Part shown: positions 39,616 to 51,780 of the stretch, in pieces
Numbering within the stretch: the stretch's first letter is position 1
How the letters are laid out: each line of letters begins with the position of its first letter
From: Naegleria gruberi
Lineage: Eukaryota
Assembly (NCBI GenBank): GCA_000004985.1
Contig: GG738878.1
Length of the DNA: 64,000 bases
Strand: one strand, 5' to 3'
Program-made: the position numbers and the translations under genes
Notes under the pieces: generated by a model
What the model was told of the DNA's origin: nothing
Seen by the model: the letters and a program-made list of their open reading frames with translations, nothing else
Database searches by the model: none

Positions 39616-40911
39616 TCAGATTTGAAAAGTTATATTTCCATGCATGATTAAGATCAAGACAATAACTGTCTTGATCAATTTTTTTTTGAATAAGTATTTT
39701 AAATTTAGAATCATATCAGTGTCAGCAACTTCATCATCTTGCTCGCTTGCATCTATCATGTATGCTCTTAAAATTTCTAATGTTTTAATATTATTAAGAA
39801 TCGTTATTAGTTGGCTTTCACCATCGAGATGTATCTCCAAAATTGAGAGGAGTTTCAAATTTAAAATTGGAGAAATATTGCTAAATATATCATCAATTCT
39901 CAATATTCTAAGGCAGTCAGTATAATTATTGATAATTAGTGATAGATTTTTCATATTATCATACACACCCATTTGTATATCTAAAATTTTCAAATTATAT
40001 AAATTTCTGTCTTTTAATTCTATTTTGTTAGAACTATTTTTAATTTTTATAGATTGTATAGTAGGTTTCTTGAAATGGAATGTGAAAGTTTTATCATTTT
40101 CCTCAAATAACACCCCAATGATAAGGTGTTTGATGTTTACACATTTGAGAATTAATTTTAATAGAGAATCGGGTTCATATTGAGAATGTATTTCCAAATT
40201 TTCTATTTGAATTAAATCACAATTAGGTGTTATAGTAGATTTTCCTATCAATAAATTGTTAACAGTATTAATAACATTCCTAAATTGTTTTGAAACTGTC
40301 AAGTATTTAAAAATCTCAAAATCATAATTTAAATATGCAAATACTCTGCGTAATGCATCATCACAAAATAATTCCGAACATGTTTTGATTTGTTTGGTTT
40401 TCAACTCAAGTTTATCGTGATCAACACCTAGATTACTAATTTCCTCAAATTTACGTTTGTTCTTTTTTTCATCAGTGCTACTTCCACCCGATTTTAATTT
40501 ACACAATTCAATTTCCAATTTTAATTCTTCCTGTCTTGCTTTTGATTGTATTGCTTTGGCTTCTTCTTGTTTCAATTTTAATTCTTCTTGAGTGAATTGT
40601 AATTTTAATTCTTCTTGTCTTAATTTCATCTTCCACAATTCAAATATTTGTTCCGAAGAGAGTCCAAGCCTTTGACATTGTTCAATGAAATCATCAGAGT
40701 TCGCACCGTTCAGCTGCGCCACAGCATTTTGTTGCAACATTTTTTTAAGCTCGCTTTCCATTAATCTTTGGATGATAAATTGTAACAAGTTTATGATGCT
40801 AATTGTTAAACAACCATTCATGATATTGCCAAATCTAGTCATTTGATTATAATACTCACAATATTTAACATATGTACCCTGACACTCAATTGGGTAATTG
40901 TTTTCCATCAT
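39616..40911 (-). CDS. F-box / coiled-coil / LRR-like protein, N-terminal ORF
   Basis: F-box-like motif CSELFCDDALRRVFAYLNYDFEIFKYLTVSKQFRNVIN after a coiled-coil (ELKLKQEEAKAIQSKARQEELKLEIEL). It is followed by irregular LRR-like units. Real ATG at 40911. Confidence 0.55.
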   Translation of the reverse strand: MMENNYPIECQGTYVKYCEYYNQMTRFGNIMNGCLTISIINLLQFIIQRLMESELKKMLQQNAVAQLNGANSDDFIEQCQRLGLSSEQIFELWKMKLRQEELKLQFTQEELKLKQEEAKAIQSKARQEELKLEIELCKLKSGGSSTDEKKNKRKFEEISNLGVDHDKLELKTKQIKTCSELFCDDALRRVFAYLNYDFEIFKYLTVSKQFRNVINTVNNLLIGKSTITPNCDLIQIENLEIHSQYEPDSLLKLILKCVNIKHLIIGVLFEENDKTFTFHFKKPTIQSIKIKNSSNKIELKDRNLYNLKILDIQMGVYDNMKNLSLIINNYTDCLRILRIDDIFSNISPILNLKLLSILEIHLDGESQLITILNNIKTLEILRAYMIDASEQDDEVADTDMILNLKYLFKKKLIKTVIVLILIMHGNITFQI

Positions 40912-41236
40912 TCTAAAAAGGAATTGACAATATTAAATTACATAATACTACCCAAATAAGAAATATGATTACAATCCATGTGATTAAATATCTTTCATTG
41001 TAAAAGATATTTAATATTATTAGCCATTACATAACATTGTATTAAAGATTGTGTTGAACAATTCATTTCACATGTGAAAGTTGACTATTTCTTTGATTAC
41101 CCTAACGGTTATTTGAAATTGTTCATGTTTTTCCTTTTGGTGCCCAGTAATGCACAACGAACTGCTTATGAGACCCGTTATGACATGAGCGTTTGCTGGC
41201 AGACAAGTGACAGGAACAAAAAATTTAAATAAAAAA

Positions 41237-44200
41237 ATGTCAGAAACAAAGAAGCCATCGTCATCTACATCTCCATCTACTGGTACGGCAAAACCAGTCA
41301 AAGGAGTACAAAAATTGGCAGGTGACATTGGTAAGAAATATAAATTACTTGTCCAAATTATGACATCCGATCCAAGATATGCCAAAGCACTAGCAGATGT
41401 TGTTCCACCTGCACAACATGAAAAACTTGCCGATTCATTAATTTCACTTTCCTATGAAATTGGAGCATCACTTGCCATTATTAAATCTTTAATTGGTTTA
41501 GAATTTGATAGAAAACAATCTCATCCTAGTACCATTCTCAGAGTTAATTCTATCGTTTCTAAAATGATGGGTAAATATACTAAAAGAGTTGGTACTCAAT
41601 ATTTAAAATTGTTATTGAGCAAGGTTGTGAATGAAGTTGTTGAACAGGCAGAAACTTTGGATTTGGAAGTTGATCCAGAGAAAGTTCAAGGAGAAAACAA
41701 ACAAGAGATTATTGATCGTCGTCTTCAACAAATTGAAGAAGTTTGTCAACGTTTTCTCGATCGTATTACTTCTGAATCAATGATTGAAGAAATGCCACGT
41801 GAATTGAGAGCTGTTTGCTATTTTTTGAAACAATATGGTGAATATTACAAGTTTGATATTGAAAAGATGATTTTACCATTGATTTCTGGTTTTGTTTGTT
41901 TACGTTATATTTGTCCTGTTATTGCCATGCCTCAAAATGCTGATATTATTAAAATGGATGATTGGAAGAAGGGATGTGTCAGACAAAATTTAACACAAAT
42001 TGCAAAAGTGTAAGTTTTTATTAATATTTTATAATATTTATTATTAATATTTTATTTAATAATTGATAATATTTGATAATATTGTCTTTTATTTGATTGT
42101 ATTTGATAATAATTGATGGGTATTTTAAAATAACTGTTCATATTTTCAATGAATGTCATTGTAAATTGACAATTCTTGATGTGTTTTACAAAAATAGAAT
42201 TCAAAAATTGGCCAATGGTGAATTGTTTGATACAGCAACACCTTCACTCATGCCATTGAATGGTTGGATTCAAAAGAATCAAGAAGGTATTTTCAAATAT
42301 ATGGCTCAACTTCCAGTTGATCCAAAACAACAAGAAGGTTTGAATCCATTCGGTGATTTGCAACGTTCCATTACATTTGAAGATATTCACTACAAATCAT
42401 TTGATATGGATGATTTATTGTTCCTTCACACTTTAATTTATGATTATGGTTATGAGTTAATTGTTTCATTGCAAAATGAAGTTATCATGACACATGACAA
42501 GAGACCAGTTAGTATTGTGAGTACAGAAACTGACTTTTTATCACTTGTTCAAGATTTGGGACCTCCACCAGAAAAAGATAGAAAACTTCCACTTCCTGAA
42601 AAGAAACAAGAACCACCAAGAAAGGGCTCTGTTAAACCAAGTGATAAGAAAGACGAAACTGCACAACCTCAAAACAAACTCCAAAGAGAAACACTTGTTG
42701 GTAAGACATATGATCAAATTCAAGAAAAGGTTTTGGAACGTTCAATGGACAATTTGATGAAGAATAGTGAAAAGTTTGACTTGTCTGAGCTTGATAGAAC
42801 TAGATTTTTATATGTTGGTAAGCCAACTCGTCAAAATTTACCTGTTGTGTACTTGATTTTGCATCGTTTAAAGCAAGAATTTTTGAATCACAATGACAAG
42901 TTAATGATTTACATTTACAAAACTTTGGGTGCATTGTTTAATCAAAAGTATTGCTTGATTATTGATTTGAGTTGGGCTGATATGGCTGATGAATATCAAG
43001 CTTTATTATACAGAGCTGTTGTTGCCTTTGCTAGATTAATGAAGATTGAACATTTGGCCAATTGTCAACAAATTTATATTTTGCATCCAAATTTCAAGAC
43101 CAAGACAGCTGTTGATGATATTTTCAATATTATTCCAAATGAAACTAGACAAAGATTAATCAAGGTCAAGTATGATTGGACCTCTTTGAGTGATATCATT
43201 GAACCAATCAAGATTTGGATTCCATTCGTTTCTAAAAAGTTTATTCCAACCACTTACAATCTCATGTTAATGAAGGAAAAGGGTGACAGTGGTAATGAAC
43301 GTTTAATGAAGATTACCAACGATTCACTTCTCGTTTTGGACTCTAAATTGGGAACTGTTCTCGATGAAATTCCATTCACAACCATTGTTGACATTAGAAT
43401 TAAGAAGAATTGTAATGAATTCTTGATCAAACACAAGACTGAAACAGAACACATGTTAAAGGAAAGAGGTGGTGATCTTGGATACATTTCCAAGAATATT
43501 GCAACTGCCAATCAAACAGAAGTTGTCAAGAGATTCAATTGTGTCTCTGATCAACAAAGAGATAACCTTGTTGAAACCATTGCTGATGTTGGTGTAAGAT
43601 GTACTTCATTGGAAAAGAAACAAACTTTCATTGTTGAAAAGGATACTAAATCTGGAAAGAGACAAAAGAGAATTCTCAAATTTGCCTATGACTCTGTACT
43701 CGTCTTTAAGGAAGGTGTTATTAAGAGAGAAATTCCATTCTCCACACTCCAATCCTTCTATATTGATAAGGAAGAAAAGAGTAGAATGTTCATTAACTTT
43801 ATGTTACTAGGAAGAAAGAAGGCATACGTTGTCTATCATGAAAATGCAACAGCTCTTCGTGATAGCTTGTTGGACACTGTTGTTAGATTCAAGTTTAATG
43901 TTGATCTTGAAAAGGAACTTTTCATTAGAAAGGATTTGGATGCAGTTGTTGATCGTTTCTTCTCTGCTGCCAAGGACAAGACTCTCACTGATGAATCTGG
44001 TTTAACCTCTGACATCAAACAAATCGTCAATATTCACAATGCTTCTGAAGATATTAAGAAATTATTCTACAAATTCAATCCTCAGAATGATAAGCGTGCT
44101 CCACTAAGTGTCGATAAGATGAGAATTATTGCTACAAGTCTCAATGTTGATTTTTCTGAAGAACATAGCAGACATTTGGTTAGCATTTTGGATGAAAAGA

Positions 44201-44343
44201 GTGTTGGTTATGTGGTTTTGGATGATATTGTAAGGAATTACATCCTCAACAAGAGAATGAAGGGTATGATTCAAAAGAGAAAGGATGCACTTGTTAAGAG
44301 AAATGAAATACTTCAAAAGCAAGGATCCTCTTCATCTAAGTAA
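41237..44343 (+). CDS. Neurofibromin-like RasGAP with C-terminal Sec14-PH module (about 970 aa), two exons about 41237..42010 and 42198..44343
   Basis: Exon 1 carries a RasGAP catalytic domain collinear with the NF1 GRD. ..ALADVVPPAQHEKLADSL.. aligns with ALANVVPCSQWDELARVL. STILRVNSIVSKMM (arginine finger) aligns with TLFRGNSLASKMM. LEVDPEKV aligns with FEVDP. PRELRAVCYFL aligns with PPQLRSVCHCL. GFVCLRYICPVIAMP aligns with FLRFINPAIVSP. Exon 1 ends ..QIAK-GT|GTAAGT. An AT-rich intron of about 187 nt ends AAAATAG. Exon 2 begins V-IQKLANGELF.., which aligns with the NF1 ..ILQSIANHVLF.. region. It continues through a Sec14-like region (..PVVYLILHRLKQEF..IYIYKTLGALFNQKYCLIIDLSWADM..). The listed 41207 start is GTG, so the first ATG at 41237 is used. 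Confidence 0.7.
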
Positions 44344-44396
44344 AATAATGTACTTTAATAAAACAGTTTAGAAATTGAATTCATGTTCAGCTTTCA

Positions 44397-45257
44397 TTAA
44401 ATATTTATTGTTGCCTTCTTCCATTTCATCTTCTTATTATAAAGATGATTATTAATTTCTTCCTGGAGAGAAATTTTATCAGGGCCTTCATATCGTCTAT
44501 TGATATCCTCCTTAACCTTGATAAGCATGTCTCTGTCTTTGAGCTCGTTGACAATGCATTGAATTGCAATGTCATAAATTCTATATTCATTGGCAATCTC
44601 TGCCTTGAGTTCCATTTCAGTTTTCTGGAAGGAAAATGATTGAAGTAAATCTCTAATCATTGGTATTGGAGCTCTGAATAACTTCAATACTTGCATAACA
44701 TTGTAAATATTGAGAATTGAGTTTGAATCAGCTCTGTTTGGTTTTCCTGTTAGCAATTTCATAAATCCACTATTTCCCTTTTGCATTTTCATATCGTAGG
44801 CAGAACAATAACAAAGGCCATCCTTTTGTGCCTTTGAATAGGCAATCATTACCCCCTTCCAATCACCAATTCTACTTCTTGCAACAATGGCATCATAAAA
44901 AAATCTATGTTGTGAGAGGTCAAAAAATTTGGCCAATGTTCTAGGACAAGCAATTTGATCATCTGGAGCAGCATTGTGATAGAATAGGCAGTATTTCATA
45001 GTCTCAGATAAAGTACTTCCATAAATTGGGAACTTTTTGTACTGTTTGAATATTGGATGTTTTCCTGAAAGAGCAATTGAATTATCTTGTTCATCAATTT
45101 TAAGTTGTTTTGCTGTTAAATGAATTAAATTGGCAGTGGCAATACTGAGCTCTTCTGCACAATCTAGAGAATATTTGTTAGATTTAAACCCAACTGGATT
45201 ATCAATAGCTTGTGCATTCTTTTGAATAAAAGAAAGACAATGTTCCAATGAATCCAT
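44397..45257 (-). CDS. Hypothetical protein (286 aa)
   Basis: Intact ORF with a real ATG. No recognisable motif. Confidence 0.45.
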   Translation of the reverse strand: MDSLEHCLSFIQKNAQAIDNPVGFKSNKYSLDCAEELSIATANLIHLTAKQLKIDEQDNSIALSGKHPIFKQYKKFPIYGSTLSETMKYCLFYHNAAPDDQIACPRTLAKFFDLSQHRFFYDAIVARSRIGDWKGVMIAYSKAQKDGLCYCSAYDMKMQKGNSGFMKLLTGKPNRADSNSILNIYNVMQVLKLFRAPIPMIRDLLQSFSFQKTEMELKAEIANEYRIYDIAIQCIVNELKDRDMLIKVKEDINRRYEGPDKISLQEEINNHLYNKKMKWKKATINI

Positions 45258-45298
45258 CTTTTCGTATGGCTATTTAAATATTAGGTTCCTGAATTCAA

Positions 45299-46708
45299 TT
45301 ATTTGATAATACTTACATCAGTAATTGTGATTGCCATCTTGTATTGAAGCAAAGCTTCATCTCTAATCATGTTATTGAATTTGTAAACCCTTTGAAGAGT
45401 TTTGTTGTCTCCAAGTTTCTTGAGGAATGAAATATAGGTCAAGACGAAAAATCCTGTCTCCCTATCAGCTTCAATTAAAACCTCCATGAAAGATCTAAAT
45501 GCCAGAGATTGTTCAATTGAAATTATTACTGGAATAATGACATCATAATTTCTTCCACAACTCTTCAAAAGAGCTACCTTTTGCTTTGACTCTCTGAGTC
45601 TTCTTAAATTACACCAGGCATCCAATTCTCTTTCTTGATTGGAAAATTGATCATTAGATCTATATTTATATTCATAATCCTCATCCAATGACTCGTTAAT
45701 TAATTCCTCCTCCTCATCAATTACCTCTTTATAAACTGGTGGCTTGGTAACTTTTCTTTTCTTTACCTTATCCAAGACAACCTTATTCAATTCATTAGAT
45801 TCAAGTCCTTCTCTAATTAAATCTCCCAAAGTTTTCACAACAACCTTCTCCTCCTCAAAGTAATCATCATATTTAGAGGAAGCGCTTTTTGGAGTTTCAC
45901 TAACAAAATCCTCCAATGAATTATTGGAATGTTCCAATTCCTTTCTGAGCTTGTGATTTTCCTCTTCCAATTTGAATAATTGTTTCTTTAATTGTTCGAA
46001 ATGTTCAAATGAAAATTCAAATTCCCTTGTTTGTCTCTTTTCTGATTTTTCAGTAGATTTAACAACCATTGGAGTTTCACTTTTTTCATTAACTACTACT
46101 GCTTTTGGAGAAATATTTAAAGATCCACTTGAAGGCACACGTGTTGGCAGAGGTTTAGTACTACCCACTGATGCTTCATTCATTGGTTGTTGTTGTTGTT
46201 GTTGATGTGAATTAGGAGGAGGTGTAGTTGATGTTTTTGATGAAGGAGGAACTGTTGGTAAATTCTTCTTATTATTTGCTTGAGGTGTCATTGGTAAACT
46301 CTTTGAAGGAATTGGAGGCTGTGTTGGAAGATTATTGATGAATGAATCGACATCGAATGGTTCAGCAGAGGCCTTACTGTTATTATTATGTTGTTGTTGT
46401 TGTTGATTATTTGTAATTATATTATTGGATGAAGAATTTTGTTTGTTACTAGTCGATGTAGTGGTGGTGAGGGAAGAAGGAAGAGGAGGCAATGAAGATA
46501 ATCGTGATGATGAACTATCAGGAGTTTCAATATGATCGTACAAATCTTCGGAATTAATAGAGAAGAAATTGGAGGCTGTTTCTGTAGCTGTTGATGAATC
46601 TGTAGTTGCTTCTTGGGATGATTGGAATTTACCTCCAGAGAGAAGCAAGATGGGATCATCGTCCTCTACTCTCTTTTGCATTTCACGCTTCTTACTCACC
46701 CAAGACAT
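45299..46708 (-). CDS. Hypothetical protein with Ser/Thr/Gln/Asn-rich N-terminal half, a coiled-coil and a structured C-terminal domain (469 aa)
   Basis: Real ATG at 46708. poly-Q/N/S/T low complexity, then a coiled-coil (QLKKQLFKLEEENHKLRKELEH). The C-terminal 120 aa are non-repetitive. No family assigned. Confidence 0.45.
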   Translation of the reverse strand: MSWVSKKREMQKRVEDDDPILLLSGGKFQSSQEATTDSSTATETASNFFSINSEDLYDHIETPDSSSSRLSSLPPLPSSLTTTTSTSNKQNSSSNNIITNNQQQQQHNNNSKASAEPFDVDSFINNLPTQPPIPSKSLPMTPQANNKKNLPTVPPSSKTSTTPPPNSHQQQQQQPMNEASVGSTKPLPTRVPSSGSLNISPKAVVVNEKSETPMVVKSTEKSEKRQTREFEFSFEHFEQLKKQLFKLEEENHKLRKELEHSNNSLEDFVSETPKSASSKYDDYFEEEKVVVKTLGDLIREGLESNELNKVVLDKVKKRKVTKPPVYKEVIDEEEELINESLDEDYEYKYRSNDQFSNQERELDAWCNLRRLRESKQKVALLKSCGRNYDVIIPVIISIEQSLAFRSFMEVLIEADRETGFFVLTYISFLKKLGDNKTLQRVYKFNNMIRDEALLQYKMAITITDVSIIK

Positions 46709-46904
46709 TTTTTGATTATAATTTAAATATAATTATTATTAAAATTATAAATTATTTAAATATTGATTTTTCCCGGTTGACATGAAATTGGTTTCGTATT
46801 GCACATTTTCCATAATTATAGCATTCCACATTCTCTCTTAGTTATAAATTTATTATTTAACAAAGCAATGTACAAGTGCCATGATGGCAGTTTATTTCCT
46901 CAGC

Positions 46905-47544
<640 letters not shown>

Positions 47545-47872
47545 TTAGGGGCTTTTTTTCCTATGAGTTTTATGCTGCGTGAGGTATCTCTAAAGTTATT
47601 GTAATCGGAATTGTACTTTATTTTTGGCGTACTTTTCATTTTGTGTCTGGAAACAAAAAGCGACCAATGCAAGCCAATTTCCTTGCTGAATGATGAACAA
47701 TGGAAGACAACTTCAACCATAATGTTAACTACAAGTTACATTAATACAATGGATGAACATTCCGATGATGGTAGATAACACCATCCATCTTGATCTGATT
47801 ATCAACTCCTATTATCAACTAATTCGATTAATCGATCTTTGAACCATAAAAATCTTCAAGCCTTCGACCCTG

Positions 47873-49928
47873 ATGACAATAAAAAATATGAAAACTTCTT
47901 CCACATTTGCCTCCTCAAGCAATAAGTCTTCCTTATCATCAATGCGAGGAAGTGGATTGAATAAATTATTTTGTAGTAATAATGATTATTATCGGAAAAG
48001 TGTTTGGATATTTGTGTTGATTTGTTCGGTATGGATGATCATGATTGGAAGTGGAGTGGATGCATATAGAATTAATTTTGATGAAAGTCATGGGAGTGTA
48101 AGTGTTCTTTTTTGATCTTTGTGTGGAAAGAGAGATTTATCAATATTTGTGGAATTTTCAAATTATTTAGTTTACTTCGGATGTAACTCAGGGAAAATTA
48201 TTGGATGAATATGAATTGGGAATGTATGCTAGAGAGGATCTTCCATTGAGAGTTTTAACAAGACCCATTGCTAATGGTGACACATTTGTTCAAGTTTATT
48301 GTAAGTACACTATTTAATGATACAATATATTTACGAGGTTTTTTTAGTAAATGTTAAACAATCAAGCATTCCAACTCCTGATACCAAATTAGTTCTCATT
48401 GTTGCTAACAGTGAGATACTTGCAACTGGTTTTAAGAAGGATCAGAAAGTATGTAATAATTATTAATTCTGTTTGGATCTGATTGAAATTATATTTTAGA
48501 ATGAATATTTGTGTGGAGACGAAGGATTAGTTCCAACTTCTCAAAGCACACTCGATGATGATGGAATTTTATATTACAAATATTTCAGTGGAGATGAAGT
48601 AATTGATGAGAATTTCGAAGTGCCATTAACAGGTCTCTACCAATACAAATTATTCTACTGTCCTGCCACTAACCCAACTAAGGAAAGACCAAAGTCTGGT
48701 GAAGCCAATTTCAAAATGAATGGTTACATTCAATTCATCAATCCATATGGTCACTTGCCAGGTCAATATTTCTTCTTCTTGCCAGTATGTATATTTGCTT
48801 AATATTTTCCTAATAATTCAATTCCAGTTCCAAGCATTCATGACAATTGCTTATATTGTTTTTGCTGTCCTTTGGTTTTTGGCCTCTATTTTCAATAGAA
48901 AGGAATTCTTAACTCTCCAATTCTACATTACTATTGTCTTGATGAGTTGTTTAGCAGAAGCTTTGATTGTCTATTTTGATTACTTTTTAACTAACAAAAT
49001 TGGAAGTCGTAACTTTGTTGTTCAACTTTGCTCAATGGTTATGACTGTCATTAGAAAGACTTGGACTAGACTCATCATTTTGGTGGTTTGTTCAGGATAC
49101 TCAAGTGCCACAAAGGAGGAGGATGATGAATCATCTGAAAATACCTCTTCTCAAAAGAAAGTAACAACAACCATGATCATTATTTATTCAGTTATATTTG
49201 CAATTTCATGCTCAGTTTCAGAATTTGGAGAATTTTTATTCTTTAGAGAGCTCATTTCACACACTCAATATTTGATCTCCATGGTTCCAACATCCTGCTT
49301 GGATTTCTTCTTCTATGTCTGGGCTCTTTACTTGCTCTACCATACTATGAAGATGTACAAGCCTTCAAATCCAAAAGCTGTCACTGCCAGAGAAAGGGCT
49401 TCCCCAGAATGGAAACATGCAGTTGCCAATAACCACTACTTCTACTTGTATAGAAGATTAATGTTTGCCATGATTATTTACGCTTGGACTGTGCTTATTT
49501 TCTTAGTTCTCCAATTCTTCTACGAATATGGTCAATACTACAGAAGTGCTTGGTATTTGAACTGGCTTTTTGACTCTGCATCTTACCAAATTGCATTCTT
49601 TGCCTTCTTTGTTTTAGTTGGTTTATTGTACAGACCTGCCAAACACAACTCACTTTACTTACATTCTGAACAACTCCCAACTGATGAATTGGATGCTGAT
49701 ATGATGCTAAAGGAAGGTACTGGTCTCGAATATCAAAGTGACGATAGTGATGAAAAGGATGTAGAAATGATGATGATGCAAAATAATGAGCCAATATCTA
49801 ACGATGACGAATCTGACTCTAAGGAAAGCAGAAAGAGTCAAGAAAAACTTGTATTCTCTGAAGATCATGAAACCCCAACAAGTACAACTCCTGCAGTTGA
49901 GAAGGTTGAGACCACCACTCAACAATAA
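47873..49928 (+). CDS. GPR107/GPR108/TMEM87-like (lung-7TM-receptor family) membrane protein, five exons
   Basis: Exons 47873..48097, 48171..48300, 48348..48448, 48500..48784 and 48828..49928, joined by GTAAGT/GTATGT...AG introns of 73, 47, 51 and 43 nt with consistent phases. Signal/TM at the N-terminus. Luminal domain ..DEYELGMYAREDLPLRVLTRPIANGDTFVQVY/LNVKQSS..LVLIVANSEILATGFKKDQK/NEYLCGDEGLVP..LFYCPATNP... Then a seven-TM block (FMTIAYIVFAVLWFL..LQFYITIVLMSCLAEALIVYFDYF..LCSMVMTVIRKTWTRLIILVV..) and an acidic C-terminal tail. Confidence 0.75.
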
Positions 49929-49939
49929 CTGTAAATAAA

Positions 49940-51679
49940 TTATTTATTATTTTCCTTCTCATTCTGGTAATTATTTATTGTTATGAAAAGTTTGTTGACG
50001 AGCCAATCAACAAGTGGTGAATGGGATTGCATATCTTTGAGTATCTTTTCTAATTCTTCTCCACTTCTTTTATCTTCACAATCTAGAATTCTTTCGAATA
50101 AATCTCCCATATTGGAAAGAACAAGATCTGACTTACTATGATCAAAATGGAGCTTGTCATCCTTAATAGTGACATAACCAAGCTTTTCGTAAATCTTATA
50201 AGTACTTATTGCTGAGATTATGTATGGTCTCAAACTTGACTTGTCAAACATGGCAAATCGTCTAAAATCTTGCATTGCAAAGGAGGCAAGTGATCTTGAC
50301 AACTCCTCAGATGAAATGTGACCATTCTTGTGGAGGAGCCTCATAGTAAAGAGTGCAGTAAGTTCAGCTCTTGGTTCTTCGAGGAGAGATTTAGTATCAA
50401 CCTTGATGTGTTCCTTAATGAACTCCAAGTTGTAAATTGCATGGCCAATTTCATGAGCAGCAATGTGATTCTTAATTGTATCGATGGTATTAATGTAGGA
50501 AGCAAGTTCTTCACTATTTTCACAGACCTTATTGACTAAACTGATGGTTTGGTGTCGTCTGGATTCGGTTGCTACTGGATCGAAATAAATCTTTACACCC
50601 TTCTTATTCTTTACTTCAGTTCTATTAGGAATGGATTGTCCAGAGAATTTAAAAGACAAGGATTGACCACAATGGAAAGGAATTGAATAAATGGAACACA
50701 TTGAGTTTTCGACAGCATAAATTCCATTGTCAGCAATTTCAGTATTTCTTGATTTGAAGTATTCAACCATTGATCCTTGAACTTTGGTCTTGATAAAATT
50801 GTTGGTTGATTCGTATTCTTCATCTACAAGACGGCAGCTGAAATCAGGAATACTCTTACATCTCAAAACATCTCCATATCCATACTCAATATCGTGAACA
50901 TATTGAATGTATGATTTCACATCCATCCACAATTCATCCAATTCAGTATTGAGTGTTTCCAATTTTTCTTTATCAGTTTCAATCAAAGTTTCTCTATATT
51001 TTTCAATATATTTAATATAAGCTTCCAAATCTTCATAATTTTCTCCACTATTTCTCAATGAATACAAATCATTCAATAATTCAGAAAATTGATTAATAAT
51101 TGGAGCAAATTCATTCTTGAAAAATTCACCATAAGAAACATCATAAAACTCATTAGTGGCCTCGTCCAACAAGATAATAGTATAAGAATTTGTTAATTTC
51201 CTATCAATAGTTGAAGCTCTCTTTTCCAATTCTTCAGCAACCTTATTTCCTTGAACTGCCTTCATCCACTTGACATAGAACGGATGATACTGTCCAGAAA
51301 TCATAGCAGCATGACGTAACAATGCACTATCAAACTTATTAAACAAATGATCAACTCCAGAATCCTTTTCCAAAGCCAAATATACAAAATCTCTTGCCAA
51401 TTGTTGTCTCTTATTACAAACATCAACAATTTTATAAAACTCTTCTGTAAAATCGGTAATTCCCTCAAAATTCTGATGAATAGCAGCTTGTGCTACAAGT
51501 GATTGTTTTTCCTCTCCGAGAATATTCAAGTCTTGTTGGAAATCTTGATGAGTAGCAAAGATTTCATCTGTAACCGAAACAATTTTCTTCAATAGGGGAA
51601 TTCGGGAGAGATTGGAAAAGCCTGATTTATATTGATTGAAAAGGGATTTGGAGGATTGAAGCAAAAGTGATGACGCCAT
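49940..51679 (-). CDS. Gluzincin-type zinc metallopeptidase (HEIGH...E), family uncertain (M3/oligopeptidase-like?)
   Basis: Zinc motif HIAAHEIGHAIYNLEF, followed about 25 residues later by LLEEPRAELTALF, a candidate third-ligand Glu resembling the M3 ExPSQ motif. 579 aa, no signal peptide, real ATG at 51679. Confidence 0.55.
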   Translation of the reverse strand: MASSLLLQSSKSLFNQYKSGFSNLSRIPLLKKIVSVTDEIFATHQDFQQDLNILGEEKQSLVAQAAIHQNFEGITDFTEEFYKIVDVCNKRQQLARDFVYLALEKDSGVDHLFNKFDSALLRHAAMISGQYHPFYVKWMKAVQGNKVAEELEKRASTIDRKLTNSYTIILLDEATNEFYDVSYGEFFKNEFAPIINQFSELLNDLYSLRNSGENYEDLEAYIKYIEKYRETLIETDKEKLETLNTELDELWMDVKSYIQYVHDIEYGYGDVLRCKSIPDFSCRLVDEEYESTNNFIKTKVQGSMVEYFKSRNTEIADNGIYAVENSMCSIYSIPFHCGQSLSFKFSGQSIPNRTEVKNKKGVKIYFDPVATESRRHQTISLVNKVCENSEELASYINTIDTIKNHIAAHEIGHAIYNLEFIKEHIKVDTKSLLEEPRAELTALFTMRLLHKNGHISSEELSRSLASFAMQDFRRFAMFDKSSLRPYIISAISTYKIYEKLGYVTIKDDKLHFDHSKSDLVLSNMGDLFERILDCEDKRSGEELEKILKDMQSHSPLVDWLVNKLFITINNYQNEKENNK

Positions 51680-51780
51680 TTTTTTTAATAAATTATTTAT
51701 ATTTTATTAATACTTTACAATGCAGTATTTAAATATATTTAATGTTTAGCTATGGACAAGGTAGTATTTAAAGATGATGA

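Noticed and set aside
11854-42097. Non-ATG starts reported as M in the ORF track (GTG at 11854, 32205 and 41207; TTG at 14825, 17277, 24537 and 39610)
   Set aside because: Checking the nucleotides shows these first codons are TTG or GTG. In each case the ORF is the interior of an exon (a splice acceptor lies upstream) or an ATG lies shortly downstream. I treat them as ORF-finder artefacts, not as evidence of unusual initiation.
49940-51679. Assignment of the metallopeptidase to family M32 (carboxypeptidase Taq)
   Set aside because: An HPF motif is present, but about 290 residues upstream of HEIGH instead of about 40. The spacing and flanking motifs do not match M32. Kept as a generic gluzincin with a possible M3-like ExPxxE.
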